Part shown: positions 38,435-49,134 of the stretch, in pieces
Layout of the letters: every line of letters starts with the position of its first letter
Position numbering within the stretch: position 1 is the stretch's first letter
Virus record (IMG/VR): IMGVR_UViG_3300027769_000875
Location: 54,974 to 118,973 of that record
Source of the DNA: a virus
DNA length: 64,000 bases
Direction: 5' to 3' (one strand)
Notes under the pieces: generated by a model
Databases searched by the model: none
What the model was told of the DNA's origin: nothing
What the model saw: the letters and a program-made list of their open reading frames with translations, nothing else
Program-made: the position numbers and the translations under genes

Positions 38435-39450
38435 TAGCTATTCCAGTGTTGTTCAACATTACGTATTACATCCATAAGTATTTCTTCATTGAGTGGATTT
38501 TTTAAATACTCAATAATTTCTGATGGAGTTTTTCCAAGCATTGCACCACTCTTCATATGGTAAATGTTACCATCTCCACGTGTAGCAATAACTTTATAAA
38601 AATTAGCATCTTTTACAATTGCTCTTAGTTTCAGTGTCTCCATATCTAGACCACTGATTTCTAAGAACTTAGAAGCTGTTTTTCTTTTATCTTTATCAAC
38701 AGACTCACCATTGATATACTTATCCATATTATCATATAGAACATCATTTGGTGTTGATTTTCTATATTGAGTAGAATTTGAATCTATCACTTTACAAACC
38801 AAGTATAACTTGTTAGCATTCTTGTCATAAAGTTTTTGAAGTTCAGAAAGCGCTCTATTGCGTAGTTTTTTAACTTCAGTCTTGATAGATACTGTTTCTT
38901 CGTACTTATCTAAGTAAAATTTAAAAGATGCACTGTTTCTTGCTTGATCTAATGATTTTGCAATTAACGAGAATCCTCCTGCTTCAATAGCACGTAGTTT
39001 AATCAAGTCATATGGATCAAGAGTTGGATCAAGAAATACAGGATCATTACCCATTCTCAAAACAATCTTTTCCCAAAAGTCAGAGTTATCTGGACGTAAT
39101 AGTTTTACTTTATTCCAGAACTCTTCATCTTTAGGATCAATTACATTGGATGCTAATTCTTTTTCCAATTGTGCAACAGTTGATCTAATTTCTTTGATTG
39201 CAGCTGCTTGTTCTTCGTCTGACAAAACTTTTATCTCTGGAGCAAACTCATTAAGACCTGTTACATATCTTTTAATACCATTGTATTCAAGACATGCAAT
39301 AACTTCTTCATGTACTACTCCCTCAAATACTGCCATTTCCCATTTCTCTAAACCCATGTTAGAGATTGAAGAATTGACATAAGGTTTAATTGACACAGTG
39401 CTTGTTCGCTTTTGTGCCCTGTCTTTTTCAACTACTGTGATGTTTTCCAT
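38434..39450 (-). CDS. Conserved crAss-like structural-module protein downstream of MCP
   Basis: Position directly after the MCP; VFLDPTLDPYDLIK and EYLKNPLNEEIL motifs. Confidence 0.55.
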   Translation of the reverse strand: MENITVVEKDRAQKRTSTVSIKPYVNSSISNMGLEKWEMAVFEGVVHEEVIACLEYNGIKRYVTGLNEFAPEIKVLSDEEQAAAIKEIRSTVAQLEKELASNVIDPKDEEFWNKVKLLRPDNSDFWEKIVLRMGNDPVFLDPTLDPYDLIKLRAIEAGGFSLIAKSLDQARNSASFKFYLDKYEETVSIKTEVKKLRNRALSELQKLYDKNANKLYLVCKVIDSNSTQYRKSTPNDVLYDNMDKYINGESVDKDKRKTASKFLEISGLDMETLKLRAIVKDANFYKVIATRGDGNIYHMKSGAMLGKTPSEIIEYLKNPLNEEILMDVIRNVEQHWNS

Positions 39451-39499
39451 TTTTAACTTGTTTTTAATTGGTTTTTCTTTTCTTCTTTTTTTGCAACGT

Positions 39500-39630
39500 T
39501 AGTCAGCATTTCTGCTTAAGCTCCTGAACCACGCCAAGGTGTTGCTCTCAGGAGAACCAGGAAGATAATTAAGTACCTTCCTGGCGTTTGCTTCCATCAG
39601 ATTCACATCTGATATTGAGGAGGTGGAGCG
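39500..39630 (-). other. Cluster of tandem hairpins in the MCP 3' intergenic region
   Basis: Inverted repeats CTCCTGA/TCAGGAG (39521-39554), CCAGGAAG/CTTCCTGG (39557-39584) and ATCAGAT/ATCTGAT (39596-39613), plus a GCA-GAAA-TGC hairpin on the minus strand. Confidence 0.6.
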
Positions 39631-39632
39631 TC

Positions 39633-41261
39633 TTAGAATGAGCCTCCAGTCACTGGATTTCTCATAACAATCTTCAATACTTTAGTTGGATCTTTAACCC
39701 AAATAGCTGGCATTGTTTGAGACATCATCACGCGATATCCATTGAAGTTTCCAGAAGACTGGAATCCTTGTGAACGTCCCATGTAGTCCATAGTACCATT
39801 TTGGTAGAACCATTTCAATTCACTATCCCACTTCAATTTCAACAAGAAGATGTTGTCATTTGTGTTGTCAGTGATATCAAAAATAATAAAGTTGTAAGAA
39901 GATAATGGGAAACCATCAATGATTGGGTTTTCAATATCATTTGTGTGTACATTGTCAAATGCAGGGTTAAGAACAAACTTCACATTTGCCAAGAAAGGAA
40001 TTGTGTAGCTTGTGAATGCAAATCCAAAGTTCAAGTCCATTGCATTGTTACCTGAAATTGCACCAACACCTGATTGATCCATGTTGACAGTAAGACCAGT
40101 ACCAAATGCTTCTTTCTTGATAGCTTGGTTGATCATCTTCATACCTGCCATACCTGTTTGTACGATCAAGTTACGTTGTGGATCTGGTCCTTTAAATTCA
40201 ACTTTACCATTGAAGAAGTTGAAGATCTCAGAGCGGAACAAGTCAAGAGTAAATCCTGATTTGTTATAGATACGCTTGTATGAGTTATCCAACTGAGACC
40301 AAAGTCCTACTGATAAACGCATGTCATCTGGACCATCTTGCTTGATACGTCCTCCTTGTCCCCACATTAAGTAAGTCTCAATGTCAGTTGCAATCTTAGT
40401 TAAGTGTGCAGCTTCCATTTTAGTCAAGAATGAACGAGTCAATGAACCATTGTCATATGCTTTCTTGATGTACTCTTTACCCATTACAGCTAACATTTGG
40501 TCAATGTTTGCAATAGAAGGATCTAAGTTTTTGTCAAATGTTCTCCAGATCTCAGTTACAGGAACTGAACCATCTGCATTCAAACCACCTTTCATCATCA
40601 TCTCTGCGCGAGAAGATACTGAATAGTGAACGTGAGCTTCAGCACCACCAACAAAGTTGTAGTACTCACGGAAACCATTTGATAATTCACCAATGTCAGA
40701 GAATCTTTCACCATACTCACCACGTGCAGAACCTTTTCTGAAGAATTTAGTTCCTGGCTTCAAGTACTTGTGATCCAAAGATGCATTGTTATTATTGTTT
40801 ACAAGTTGAACAGTGTAGATAAAACCATCTGCAGAAGGAAGAATATCATCAGCAGTGATGTACATTTCCAACCCTTTGTATTTATCATAGGTAACAATAT
40901 CACCATGACCAAATACTCGTCTGTTCAATTTGATTTTAAAAGTAGTACCATCTTGACCAAGAACCGCAGCAGTTGGTTCAATATCCTCAGTAATGTAAGG
41001 AAGATCTTGTACAATTGGTGTTTGCCATTTGTACTCACCACGTGGTGTGTCCACCATGATTGTGTTCTTCCCACCAAATGAAGACATTTGATAAAGAGGC
41101 ATTTCTACTTTTTGAGACATTGCCCAAAGATCAACAGGACCTAAATCCATAGGTTCTGCAGACTTCAGCATGTTTACTAGGTGGTATGAGTCAATGTGAG
41201 ACGAAACTTTGTAGTTTGTATCTCGCAAAAACAGACCATTGTTTAAAACTGGTGTTGCCAT
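39633..41261 (-). CDS. Major capsid protein (crAss-like)
   Basis: 542 aa in the order terminase-portal-scaffold-MCP, with biased codon use. GEYKWQ, IETYLMWG, GLWSQL and IWVKDPTK motifs. Confidence 0.85.
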   Translation of the reverse strand: MATPVLNNGLFLRDTNYKVSSHIDSYHLVNMLKSAEPMDLGPVDLWAMSQKVEMPLYQMSSFGGKNTIMVDTPRGEYKWQTPIVQDLPYITEDIEPTAAVLGQDGTTFKIKLNRRVFGHGDIVTYDKYKGLEMYITADDILPSADGFIYTVQLVNNNNNASLDHKYLKPGTKFFRKGSARGEYGERFSDIGELSNGFREYYNFVGGAEAHVHYSVSSRAEMMMKGGLNADGSVPVTEIWRTFDKNLDPSIANIDQMLAVMGKEYIKKAYDNGSLTRSFLTKMEAAHLTKIATDIETYLMWGQGGRIKQDGPDDMRLSVGLWSQLDNSYKRIYNKSGFTLDLFRSEIFNFFNGKVEFKGPDPQRNLIVQTGMAGMKMINQAIKKEAFGTGLTVNMDQSGVGAISGNNAMDLNFGFAFTSYTIPFLANVKFVLNPAFDNVHTNDIENPIIDGFPLSSYNFIIFDITDNTNDNIFLLKLKWDSELKWFYQNGTMDYMGRSQGFQSSGNFNGYRVMMSQTMPAIWVKDPTKVLKIVMRNPVTGGSF

Positions 41262-41297
41262 TTTTGTTTGTTATTTAGAGTTAATAATTAAAATACG

Positions 41298-42521
41298 TTA
41301 TCTGTTACTAAAAATGTTACGTGGCTTCTTCAAAGATGCCCTTGAGCTTGTTGGTTCCTTTTCTTCTTGTACTGTTGATGACAAACGTCTTGCTTCTTCA
41401 GTTTTAAGTTTCTTTACAGTTTCTTGTGTTGCTTGATTTTTTCCTTGTTGTCTTATCTGTTGTTTATAATCATCTGGATCTGACAATAACCACAGTGTTT
41501 CTGCGATCAAATCATACCTTGGATTATTACTGAACTGATACTCTTCAAGCAATCTTCCTAAAAGATTTGTTGGTTTTCCTTGTAAACTCTGATACTTCAA
41601 CGTTGTCAATTCTTCCCATAAGAACTTCTGACGTTTGTTATCAACCTTTACACCATTTAAATCTCCAGGCTTTAAAGTATTATATATGTTTTCCATATAC
41701 ATTTCTTTTTGCTGCTGTTGTTGCATTTTAAATTGCTCCTGTTGTTGCAATTTAGCCTGCAATACTTGCGTTTGCATGTCATCTAATTTTGGTTTAAATT
41801 GATTAGCACGTTTGGTAATTGTTCCATTATTAACCCACTCTTCAATCTGGTCTTCAATCAATGATTGATCACCACTTCCAAAATTAGTTGCGTAAAGGTA
41901 CTGACGAACAATCATCTCTTGATGTTCTTCATTTGAAGGATCTAATGAACGTTGTTCTTCTACTTGAGCTAATGCTCTGAACAAACCTTTCATGTCCTTA
42001 CCACCTTTAGCAACATACTCAGCAGCATACTGCAATTCTTCAGGCAAAGCTTCAAAGAACTCTTTTGGAGTCTGCTCACGTAATGCTCGCTCCCTTTCTT
42101 CTATATTAGCTTGGATAAGTTCTTTCCAATCTTTTATAGAATATTCCTCAAGTGGTTTGTCATCTTCAAAACCCATAAGAACGCCTTCGTCCATAAGTTT
42201 TGAGAATGTTTCTACCATTCCACTTTTGTCAATCTTTTTGCGACCAGGTTTGGAAGCATCATCAGAATCTTCAAACTCACCATCAAGTTCTGATAGTGCT
42301 GAATCCAATTCTTCTTTAGTTACCTTTGGTGTATCAGAGTCATCTCCTTCCAAAAATCCTAAATCAGTTGGTTCAGGTTTTGAGAAAACTGTTTTTGTTT
42401 CCTCTTCTTCTGATGTTACCACGCTGTCTGCCCCTGGTAGTGGCAAAAAGTCATCAATGTTTTCAATCATAACTGAACTCACGTCTTGAGTATCAGTGTT
42501 TGCTTTATTCATGTTTTCCAT
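41298..42521 (-). CDS. Putative scaffolding protein
   Basis: Acidic N-terminus and coiled-coil, located between portal and MCP. Confidence 0.6.
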   Translation of the reverse strand: MENMNKANTDTQDVSSVMIENIDDFLPLPGADSVVTSEEEETKTVFSKPEPTDLGFLEGDDSDTPKVTKEELDSALSELDGEFEDSDDASKPGRKKIDKSGMVETFSKLMDEGVLMGFEDDKPLEEYSIKDWKELIQANIEERERALREQTPKEFFEALPEELQYAAEYVAKGGKDMKGLFRALAQVEEQRSLDPSNEEHQEMIVRQYLYATNFGSGDQSLIEDQIEEWVNNGTITKRANQFKPKLDDMQTQVLQAKLQQQEQFKMQQQQQKEMYMENIYNTLKPGDLNGVKVDNKRQKFLWEELTTLKYQSLQGKPTNLLGRLLEEYQFSNNPRYDLIAETLWLLSDPDDYKQQIRQQGKNQATQETVKKLKTEEARRLSSTVQEEKEPTSSRASLKKPRNIFSNR

Positions 42522-42550
42522 ACTTCTGTTTTATGTGGTTTGTCTTTCTT

Positions 42551-42571
42551 CTTCAATAACAAGTTAGCAAA
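42551..42571 (-). promoter_or_regulatory. Candidate late promoter motif copy 4
   Basis: Minus strand TTTGC-TAACTTGT-TATTGAAG upstream of the scaffold/MCP genes. Confidence 0.5.
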
Positions 42572-42635
42572 TAAACTTCAAAAATTTAAACTGGCAAGCA
42601 CCTCTAATTAAAGTTTTTGTCAGTATATGGCTATA

Positions 42636-45365
42636 CTATTTTTTCTTGTCATATTTATTTTTGTTGACCATAGCAATTTGAAGTTGTTTATCAGCAATAT
42701 TCTCACGTGTTTGCATTTCCTGACGTTGTAAATCACTCTGTGTTTGATTCTCTATCATCTTGTTAATTTCACGTGTTTCAGACATTTGTTGATCACGATC
42801 TTTAGCTCTTCGTTTGTCAAGATATTCAAGTGTGTCAATATAATCTGTTTGTTTATTTAGATTCTGATCTTTCATACCTGTAAATCCTGCTGAACGAATT
42901 TCAGCAACTTGAATTTCTGTTTGTCTATCAAGTTGTGCTTGTTCTGCCTTATAACGAAGTTCTGCCTCTTGACGTTTGTTTTCACCTTCTTGACGCATTT
43001 TCTCAGATTCTTGTGCTGATTGAGCTTGTTGTTGTTGTTGAGCTTGTACTTTTTGTTCAACTGCTTTAAGAGTGTGTGTAATCTCAGCAAGCGAATCTGC
43101 TTTGATTAAGTTACCTAAGTCATAAATAGATGCACCAGATGTGTTATTGTTAAGAGCTAATTGGCGTATTTGCTCCATGATCTGACGCTGATTTACTTTA
43201 GTAGATATAAAGATGTTTAACTCTCTAGCTAATAACTCAGTTCCATTCATTTCAAAGTTTACCTTTTCATCAAGAGTTGTCATGTACTGCAATCTTAAAC
43301 TTGGCTTAGTTGAATGATAGTACTGTGCTAAGTCAGTACGCATCTGATGAACACGTGGCATTAAGTATTCTGAGTGTTGTACAAAGTACATTTCAGTTTG
43401 AGAATAACTTTGATTAATAGCCTGCTCAATTCCTTGTGCTGTTTCTTGTGCGTTTACAGCACCCATACGCTGAGGTGAAATACCAATTGTTTCAAAACAC
43501 TGTTGTTTAAAGTGATTAGCCAACTGTATTCTTGACATCAATCTATTTGTTTGCTCAAGGTTTAATACTTGATAGTGTTGGAAGTTAAGTGCATTCTCTG
43601 TATTAGTAATGGAAGTATCCAATGGTAATATACCAAAGTTCTTCATTGCAACGTATGCTTTTCCAAAATTACCATGACCCCAATCTTCGCCAGCTGAATG
43701 ACGTGGCAATGCATTTTGATCAAGTAATATCACAGTACCTAACTCATCAATTAAGATGTCAGCAATCTGATTGTTTACAAGATTATATCCAATCTGATAT
43801 GGTTTCATCTTATCTACAAGTGAACGTGACTTTGTATTTCTATCTGAAAACACAGCTCCTTCTACTGGAAGTTTGCAACCATACAAGGTAAAGTCACCTT
43901 TAAATTGAAACTTGATTGGTGCAACATTAAGATATAATGGTGAGAAGTTCAAGTTATCAGTATTACCATAGAATGTTGGTCTGTTAGGTCCAATCTTTAC
44001 ACCACCCCATGTTTGATTAATCCAAATCCAATCAATGTGTTCTCCAAGCATTAATGTATCTCTTGTCTTTTTCTTTATGACAGTAGTGTCATACAAAGGT
44101 TTTTCTGTCACTTTGTAGTTTTCATCAACAATCATATCTATAAGCATTCCTTGCTCATCAATACGTGTTAAATGCCCAACCATTCTCTGAGACTTCCAAT
44201 AACATGTAGTTACACGTAATAAACCTGTATTATCAAAGTCTAACAAATCTTCAGACTCTGTAAGAATCTTAAGAATGATGTCATCTCCAAATGCATTTGT
44301 TGTATCACGATATGATGTAAATTGACGCATTCCCAAAGAAGGACCATCAACGTTCCATTCATGCGAGCGCGTAGCATCATAGAAAGAACCATCATTTTGA
44401 ACACCTGGTAAAATGTATCCTGCAGATTTAACTGGATATATTGCCTCAAGACTTTTTAATTGCTCACCAGTCATCATGTAACCATACTTGTCAATTACAT
44501 CTGCTGGTGTCATTAAATCAATTTTACCTGCCCAGTTAGATTGTGAGATATATCTTGCTCCTGGAGACTTGTGATAGAATGTAATAACAGGATTCCATAC
44601 CTCAACATCATAGTCATCCTCAAGCATATTAAAATGCCAAAACTCTCTATCAGCAATAAGGCTATCCTTAAATGCTAATGTCTCAAGTTCTTTCATGTTA
44701 AAACGCTCAGTATCTACATTATGCTGATGTGATGCCCACTCTTCAACAAGAGATTTATAATTCTTTTTGAAAAACTCTTCAATCTCAGGCAATGTTTTTA
44801 TTGCCTCTGGAGACATCATCTGCTGAGCTTGCTGCTGTTGTTCTTGGTTATTTGGATCTAAACCCATTGACTCAACCTTCATCTTCATTTTTAACTCAGC
44901 ACTAGACAATAGTGTTTGTTCTACCATTGCTCTTTTTTGCTCAAGCATTTCATTGTATGATGTGTCATCCACTGATCTATACATGATCTTATCATTGCGC
45001 TTAGCAAATTCTCCAACCATTACGTTTATGACATTAGGTATAATTGGAAAAAACTTTAACTCAAAAGCAGATGAATCTTCTTTGGTAAGAATATCAACAA
45101 GTTCTGCCATGTCATTATCTTCTTCAACAATGTAATCAGTTTTGTCAATGATTCCATTTGCTAACTTATAATTCTTAAGTAGGCGTCTTGCATTTCTGCG
45201 TATCTGCTTAAGGCCTTGCATTTCGTACCAGTCCATGTTCCATGCAGCCCATGCATCATCTTTATCCTTTGATTGTAAGAATTGCACAGGTTGGGTAAAT
45301 GTACCCATCTTGTTATAGTCTGCTTTAGCGCCATTCTTTAGTTGCAGTGCATTGAATACTTGCAT
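42636..45365 (-). CDS. Portal protein
   Basis: 909 aa after the terminase. FPIIPNVINVMVGE, SLVDKMKPYQIGYN and GISPQRMG motifs, with a C-terminal coiled-coil barrel. Confidence 0.9.
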   Translation of the reverse strand: MQVFNALQLKNGAKADYNKMGTFTQPVQFLQSKDKDDAWAAWNMDWYEMQGLKQIRRNARRLLKNYKLANGIIDKTDYIVEEDNDMAELVDILTKEDSSAFELKFFPIIPNVINVMVGEFAKRNDKIMYRSVDDTSYNEMLEQKRAMVEQTLLSSAELKMKMKVESMGLDPNNQEQQQQAQQMMSPEAIKTLPEIEEFFKKNYKSLVEEWASHQHNVDTERFNMKELETLAFKDSLIADREFWHFNMLEDDYDVEVWNPVITFYHKSPGARYISQSNWAGKIDLMTPADVIDKYGYMMTGEQLKSLEAIYPVKSAGYILPGVQNDGSFYDATRSHEWNVDGPSLGMRQFTSYRDTTNAFGDDIILKILTESEDLLDFDNTGLLRVTTCYWKSQRMVGHLTRIDEQGMLIDMIVDENYKVTEKPLYDTTVIKKKTRDTLMLGEHIDWIWINQTWGGVKIGPNRPTFYGNTDNLNFSPLYLNVAPIKFQFKGDFTLYGCKLPVEGAVFSDRNTKSRSLVDKMKPYQIGYNLVNNQIADILIDELGTVILLDQNALPRHSAGEDWGHGNFGKAYVAMKNFGILPLDTSITNTENALNFQHYQVLNLEQTNRLMSRIQLANHFKQQCFETIGISPQRMGAVNAQETAQGIEQAINQSYSQTEMYFVQHSEYLMPRVHQMRTDLAQYYHSTKPSLRLQYMTTLDEKVNFEMNGTELLARELNIFISTKVNQRQIMEQIRQLALNNNTSGASIYDLGNLIKADSLAEITHTLKAVEQKVQAQQQQQAQSAQESEKMRQEGENKRQEAELRYKAEQAQLDRQTEIQVAEIRSAGFTGMKDQNLNKQTDYIDTLEYLDKRRAKDRDQQMSETREINKMIENQTQSDLQRQEMQTRENIADKQLQIAMVNKNKYDKKK

Positions 45366-45366
45366 A

Positions 45367-47592
45367 TCATTTCATGTTTTTAAATGGGTTCCTTGGTTTT
45401 CGCATAAGAGAACTAGTTGAGCTTTGCTCACTATTACCAATATGACGAAAAGGACTCATAAATAAGTTAGTATTTTTATTTGTATTTTGCAAACTCTGTG
45501 GATCTTCATGATCTGTACGTTTTGCAAATCCTCTATTTGACTCTTGAACTCTTGCAAATGCAACTAAAGCGCAGAACGCTACCAAGCGGTCAACGTTAAG
45601 ACCATCTCTATAAGCCTGCATTTCTTTAAGCAACATTAAGTCAGGTATTCTTTCAACACCATATGTTACTTTGGTTATTGTACCATCTGGTTTAGTTTCA
45701 ACATCTATTTCTTCTTCTAAAAACTGTATCGCATATGATACAAGATTTGATTTAAAAAGCGTACCAGTATTCCTCCAACCATACTCCTGGAAAACGTTAG
45801 CATTACTACCAAGTTCCTTTAAGAACATAATTTGATTTTTAGGCACAAGATATTTCTGCTTACGTCTAGATATCATGTACTGTATAAACAAGTGAACGTT
45901 GTTTTCTACTATGGTCCATGCATTGTAATACTCTATGATGAGTTCTAAACGCTCATGTGTTTTTTTCAGGTCATCAAATCGCCCACACCATGCAGCAACA
46001 ATTTTATCACCCTCAATGTAAGAGTCAACTGACCCATCTTTTTTGTGGACAGTAACTTCTTGTGCAGTTTTGTAAACAAATATGGAACACAGTGATTCTG
46101 AGGTAGTTGTCTTTCCTTCTGATACAGGGTCAATAGATGCGTAATAAGTTCCAAACTTTGGATTCTCAATTGGTTTTTCATAAATGATTATTGCGCCCTC
46201 TTTGTTCTCTGTTTTTGGTGAAATTGGAAACTCCATTATTGGTAATTTGCGTGTGAATTTCTGGACAATCTTGTCATCTTCCCACATTAAATCTACAAAT
46301 TCCATTGGATATTCTTTATCCTCTATACGTCTAATCTGTTGTGAAACTAAATGCTCAGGAAATCTTGCATCTTTTCTATAATCAAAAGCCTCTTTGATGT
46401 TAATAGGTTTCTGAGAAATACGTAGTCTATAATCTTCTGGTTTTAGTTTCTTTTTCCAGTCTTCTCGCTCAAGAAGAATCATTTCCAATGCCTTCTCAAC
46501 TTGAGAATTACCATAATCATCTATGCATGGAAGCATTGACCACTGTTCTGGTATAAACAAACCACACATTCCTTTTGTACCATTCTCATCCAATAAGTGT
46601 GTTTCAACAGCAAGTATATCTTTTGAGTCTGGATTTAAGATTAATTCTTTCAATGGCTCACACTGATCTAAATCACCCACAGATCCTGCTACCACAAACA
46701 TACCTGTATACATCATACCTGACTTCATTGCAGGTAATAAGTACTCAAGTGTTGTACTCATCTTGGGAGCAATACCTGCCTCCTCGTGGAAGAATAGCGT
46801 ACATGGTCCCCCTACACCATTTGTTGGATCTTTTTCAAGTACCAATCCAAATATAACTGACTTTAATCCAATATCTACTTTTCTACCTCCCTGTGTAACC
46901 TCAGCTTTTTGTTCCCAGTTAAGAACCTTGTCTGGATTACAAGGACGATACCACGCAGTATGCTTGTTTAGGAAGTTACGATACTCTTCAAGAAAACGCC
47001 ATGTACCTTTTTCATTGATGTAATCTTTAAGTGAACCTGCCATTTTAGATACAGAACCTTCCTCAAAATAAAATAGGTTAATGATTTTACCAGAATGATA
47101 ATATGAAGATGCAATCTGACGTTTCTTAAGTATTGCAGCGTGTTTGTTTTTTAGTTGAGCCAACTCTTCATAAAGAGCCATGTGGTACTGGGCATCACGC
47201 ACGTCAGCAAATGTAAATCTATTTACCTCTTTGTTGTAGATAGGTAAGAAGTTTAACCACATATAGTAATCGCGTGGCAAATACCATGTCTTACCTTTGT
47301 TCTTGAATATAACTCCTCTTCTGCATTTCTCTTTTTCTGTATCCCAGTAGTGTATAAAGTCTTTAGAACGCTCAGGTGCTAAGCAATATACTCTATTCTT
47401 ATTGAACTTTCTAGCTTCTGCGTTAAACATGATTGAACACTCGTCAAAGTCATACTTTCCTGGTTCTTTAAATATCTCTTCAAGAAACTCAGCAAAGTCA
47501 TCTTTAGTCTCAAATGCAGTGTATCCCCACTGTTCAAGCTCATAATCATATGTTGGTATATCTCTAAACATGTTAAAACTTTGGTCTGTCAA
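45367..47592 (-). CDS. terL: Terminase large subunit
   Basis: Walker A-like LKKRQIASSY, Walker B FFHEEAG, and RNase H-like nuclease motifs YASIDPV...IVENN...NVDRLVA. Confidence 0.92.
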   Translation of the reverse strand: MTDQSFNMFRDIPTYDYELEQWGYTAFETKDDFAEFLEEIFKEPGKYDFDECSIMFNAEARKFNKNRVYCLAPERSKDFIHYWDTEKEKCRRGVIFKNKGKTWYLPRDYYMWLNFLPIYNKEVNRFTFADVRDAQYHMALYEELAQLKNKHAAILKKRQIASSYYHSGKIINLFYFEEGSVSKMAGSLKDYINEKGTWRFLEEYRNFLNKHTAWYRPCNPDKVLNWEQKAEVTQGGRKVDIGLKSVIFGLVLEKDPTNGVGGPCTLFFHEEAGIAPKMSTTLEYLLPAMKSGMMYTGMFVVAGSVGDLDQCEPLKELILNPDSKDILAVETHLLDENGTKGMCGLFIPEQWSMLPCIDDYGNSQVEKALEMILLEREDWKKKLKPEDYRLRISQKPINIKEAFDYRKDARFPEHLVSQQIRRIEDKEYPMEFVDLMWEDDKIVQKFTRKLPIMEFPISPKTENKEGAIIIYEKPIENPKFGTYYASIDPVSEGKTTTSESLCSIFVYKTAQEVTVHKKDGSVDSYIEGDKIVAAWCGRFDDLKKTHERLELIIEYYNAWTIVENNVHLFIQYMISRRKQKYLVPKNQIMFLKELGSNANVFQEYGWRNTGTLFKSNLVSYAIQFLEEEIDVETKPDGTITKVTYGVERIPDLMLLKEMQAYRDGLNVDRLVAFCALVAFARVQESNRGFAKRTDHEDPQSLQNTNKNTNLFMSPFRHIGNSEQSSTSSLMRKPRNPFKNMK

Positions 47593-47767
47593 CTAGTAAA
47601 GTTACTGTTCTTCTGTCAGATAAGTTCCAAGAAACGTTTTTAACTACAAAGTTTTCTGCTCCTATCTCTATCCAATCACCTCTTGATGGAATACATGGTA
47701 GTTCTCTTTGTATCAGTTTCCCTTCTGATATGTGTTCAACTTTTACTATAAACATAAACTGCTCCAT
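47573..47767 (-). CDS. Hypothetical protein (64 aa)
   Basis: Likely start MEQFMFIVKV. The longer track ORF's N-part overlaps the 171-aa gene out of frame. Confidence 0.5.
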   Translation of the reverse strand: MEQFMFIVKVEHISEGKLIQRELPCIPSRGDWIEIGAENFVVKNVSWNLSDRRTVTLLVDRPKF

Positions 47768-47771
47768 CTTT

Positions 47772-48287
47772 CTAGAATTGGTCGTATGCGAGATTTTGCC
47801 CTCCTCTGACTTGGCTTTTTTGCTCTTCCATAAGGTCTTTATACGCTCCTTTGTACGAGCCACGTATTTGCTCAAACTTTGCTGCAGCATTGACAAGCGG
47901 TGTGATATTTCCATCACGACCATGGTGTATTGGGGTATGCTCCATATAAGTAGCAAGGCGATCCAACATAGATTTGATACCCATGTAAGCCCTGTACGAA
48001 GGTGTTTCATAAAGTTTTTTACAAAACTCAAGTGCCACAACAACATCATCATCCTCAGTTGAAAATTCAGCTTGCAACTGCGCAAGTATAAGTTCTTCTT
48101 TTTCATGCTCTCTAACATCAAAAAATGGATTAACATCAGGATTAGGACATGACATATAAAACAGGTATTGGTACACTTTCATATAATCCTCTGGATAGTT
48201 GTCCATTATATCTTTGAGAGCTTTCAATGCATAGCAGTGTTCTGTAGGAACAAGCACTCCATTTTGTATGTCAAATAACTTAACCAT
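47772..48287 (-). CDS. Conserved hypothetical protein upstream of terminase (possible small terminase)
   Basis: Helical protein ending QVRGG, just upstream of terL. Function inferred from position only. Confidence 0.45.
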   Translation of the reverse strand: MVKLFDIQNGVLVPTEHCYALKALKDIMDNYPEDYMKVYQYLFYMSCPNPDVNPFFDVREHEKEELILAQLQAEFSTEDDDVVVALEFCKKLYETPSYRAYMGIKSMLDRLATYMEHTPIHHGRDGNITPLVNAAAKFEQIRGSYKGAYKDLMEEQKSQVRGGQNLAYDQF

Positions 48288-49132
48288 TATTTTTTATTTT
48301 TTGAGAAGTTTAATAACTCATCTTTATTCTCTTTTGCCCATTGGAAAATAGCCAATACTTCTTCTTTTAAGTATGGAAGTTTATATTGAACTATCTCTTT
48401 TACAATAGGATCACCTTGTTCTGTGCGACTTACAATTGGATATCCATACTCATCTTCTCCATCTGTTTCAAATAGTATATGATGCAATATCAAATCACCA
48501 GGTTTTAATTTTGGATTATGCTTTTGTATCATGTACATGTAAGCAGATAACTGAAGAGCGTAGTGATAGTAATTACAATCATCCAAATGTGACACAGGTC
48601 CTGACATCTTTTGCGATATACCTTCCCAATTCACAAAAGATTGAGTTTTGATTTCTTTGTTTGTCTTGTAATCAGTGATGTGTATTAAGCCATGAGCAAT
48701 TTCTACTAAATCTGACTGCCCACATACACCTACAGATCGCAGGTATACAAGATGTTCAGGATAGATTCCTGCAAGAAGTTTTTGTGAAGATGCAACCTTA
48801 TAGCCTTTCTCATTGACAATAGGCTTTACAACTTGCAAAGTTGCTTCATGACGAGTAATGGTATCACAATTTGTGATGTCAAGTTCTCTTTGATCATGAT
48901 ACCATGTGCCTAAATCAGTAGCACGCTTGGCTTCAGCTTTCCAAATTTCTTGTATTTTTTCTGGGGTTAAACCTTGCCACTTCTTGCTGCTTTTAGAACT
49001 CTTTTTAGAGATTGCTTTAGCATCAAAAGGTTGCTTGAAAAAGCCTATTAAGGTTGTAACACTAATCCAGTCAATCTTATCATTTGGATCAATTGATATG
49101 TACTTATGATTTTCTGGTTCAAACGATAACAT
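48287..49132 (-). CDS. PD-(D/E)XK exonuclease
   Basis: GTWYH...CGQSDLV...ITDYKTNK...YALQLSAY motifs. Confidence 0.85.
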   Translation of the reverse strand: MLSFEPENHKYISIDPNDKIDWISVTTLIGFFKQPFDAKAISKKSSKSSKKWQGLTPEKIQEIWKAEAKRATDLGTWYHDQRELDITNCDTITRHEATLQVVKPIVNEKGYKVASSQKLLAGIYPEHLVYLRSVGVCGQSDLVEIAHGLIHITDYKTNKEIKTQSFVNWEGISQKMSGPVSHLDDCNYYHYALQLSAYMYMIQKHNPKLKPGDLILHHILFETDGEDEYGYPIVSRTEQGDPIVKEIVQYKLPYLKEEVLAIFQWAKENKDELLNFSKNKK

Positions 49133-49134
49133 AA

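Noticed and set aside
48287-49132. Cas4/CRISPR system
   Set aside because: The nuclease is a stand-alone PD-(D/E)XK enzyme without the four-Cys cluster pattern, and I saw no repeat-spacer array.
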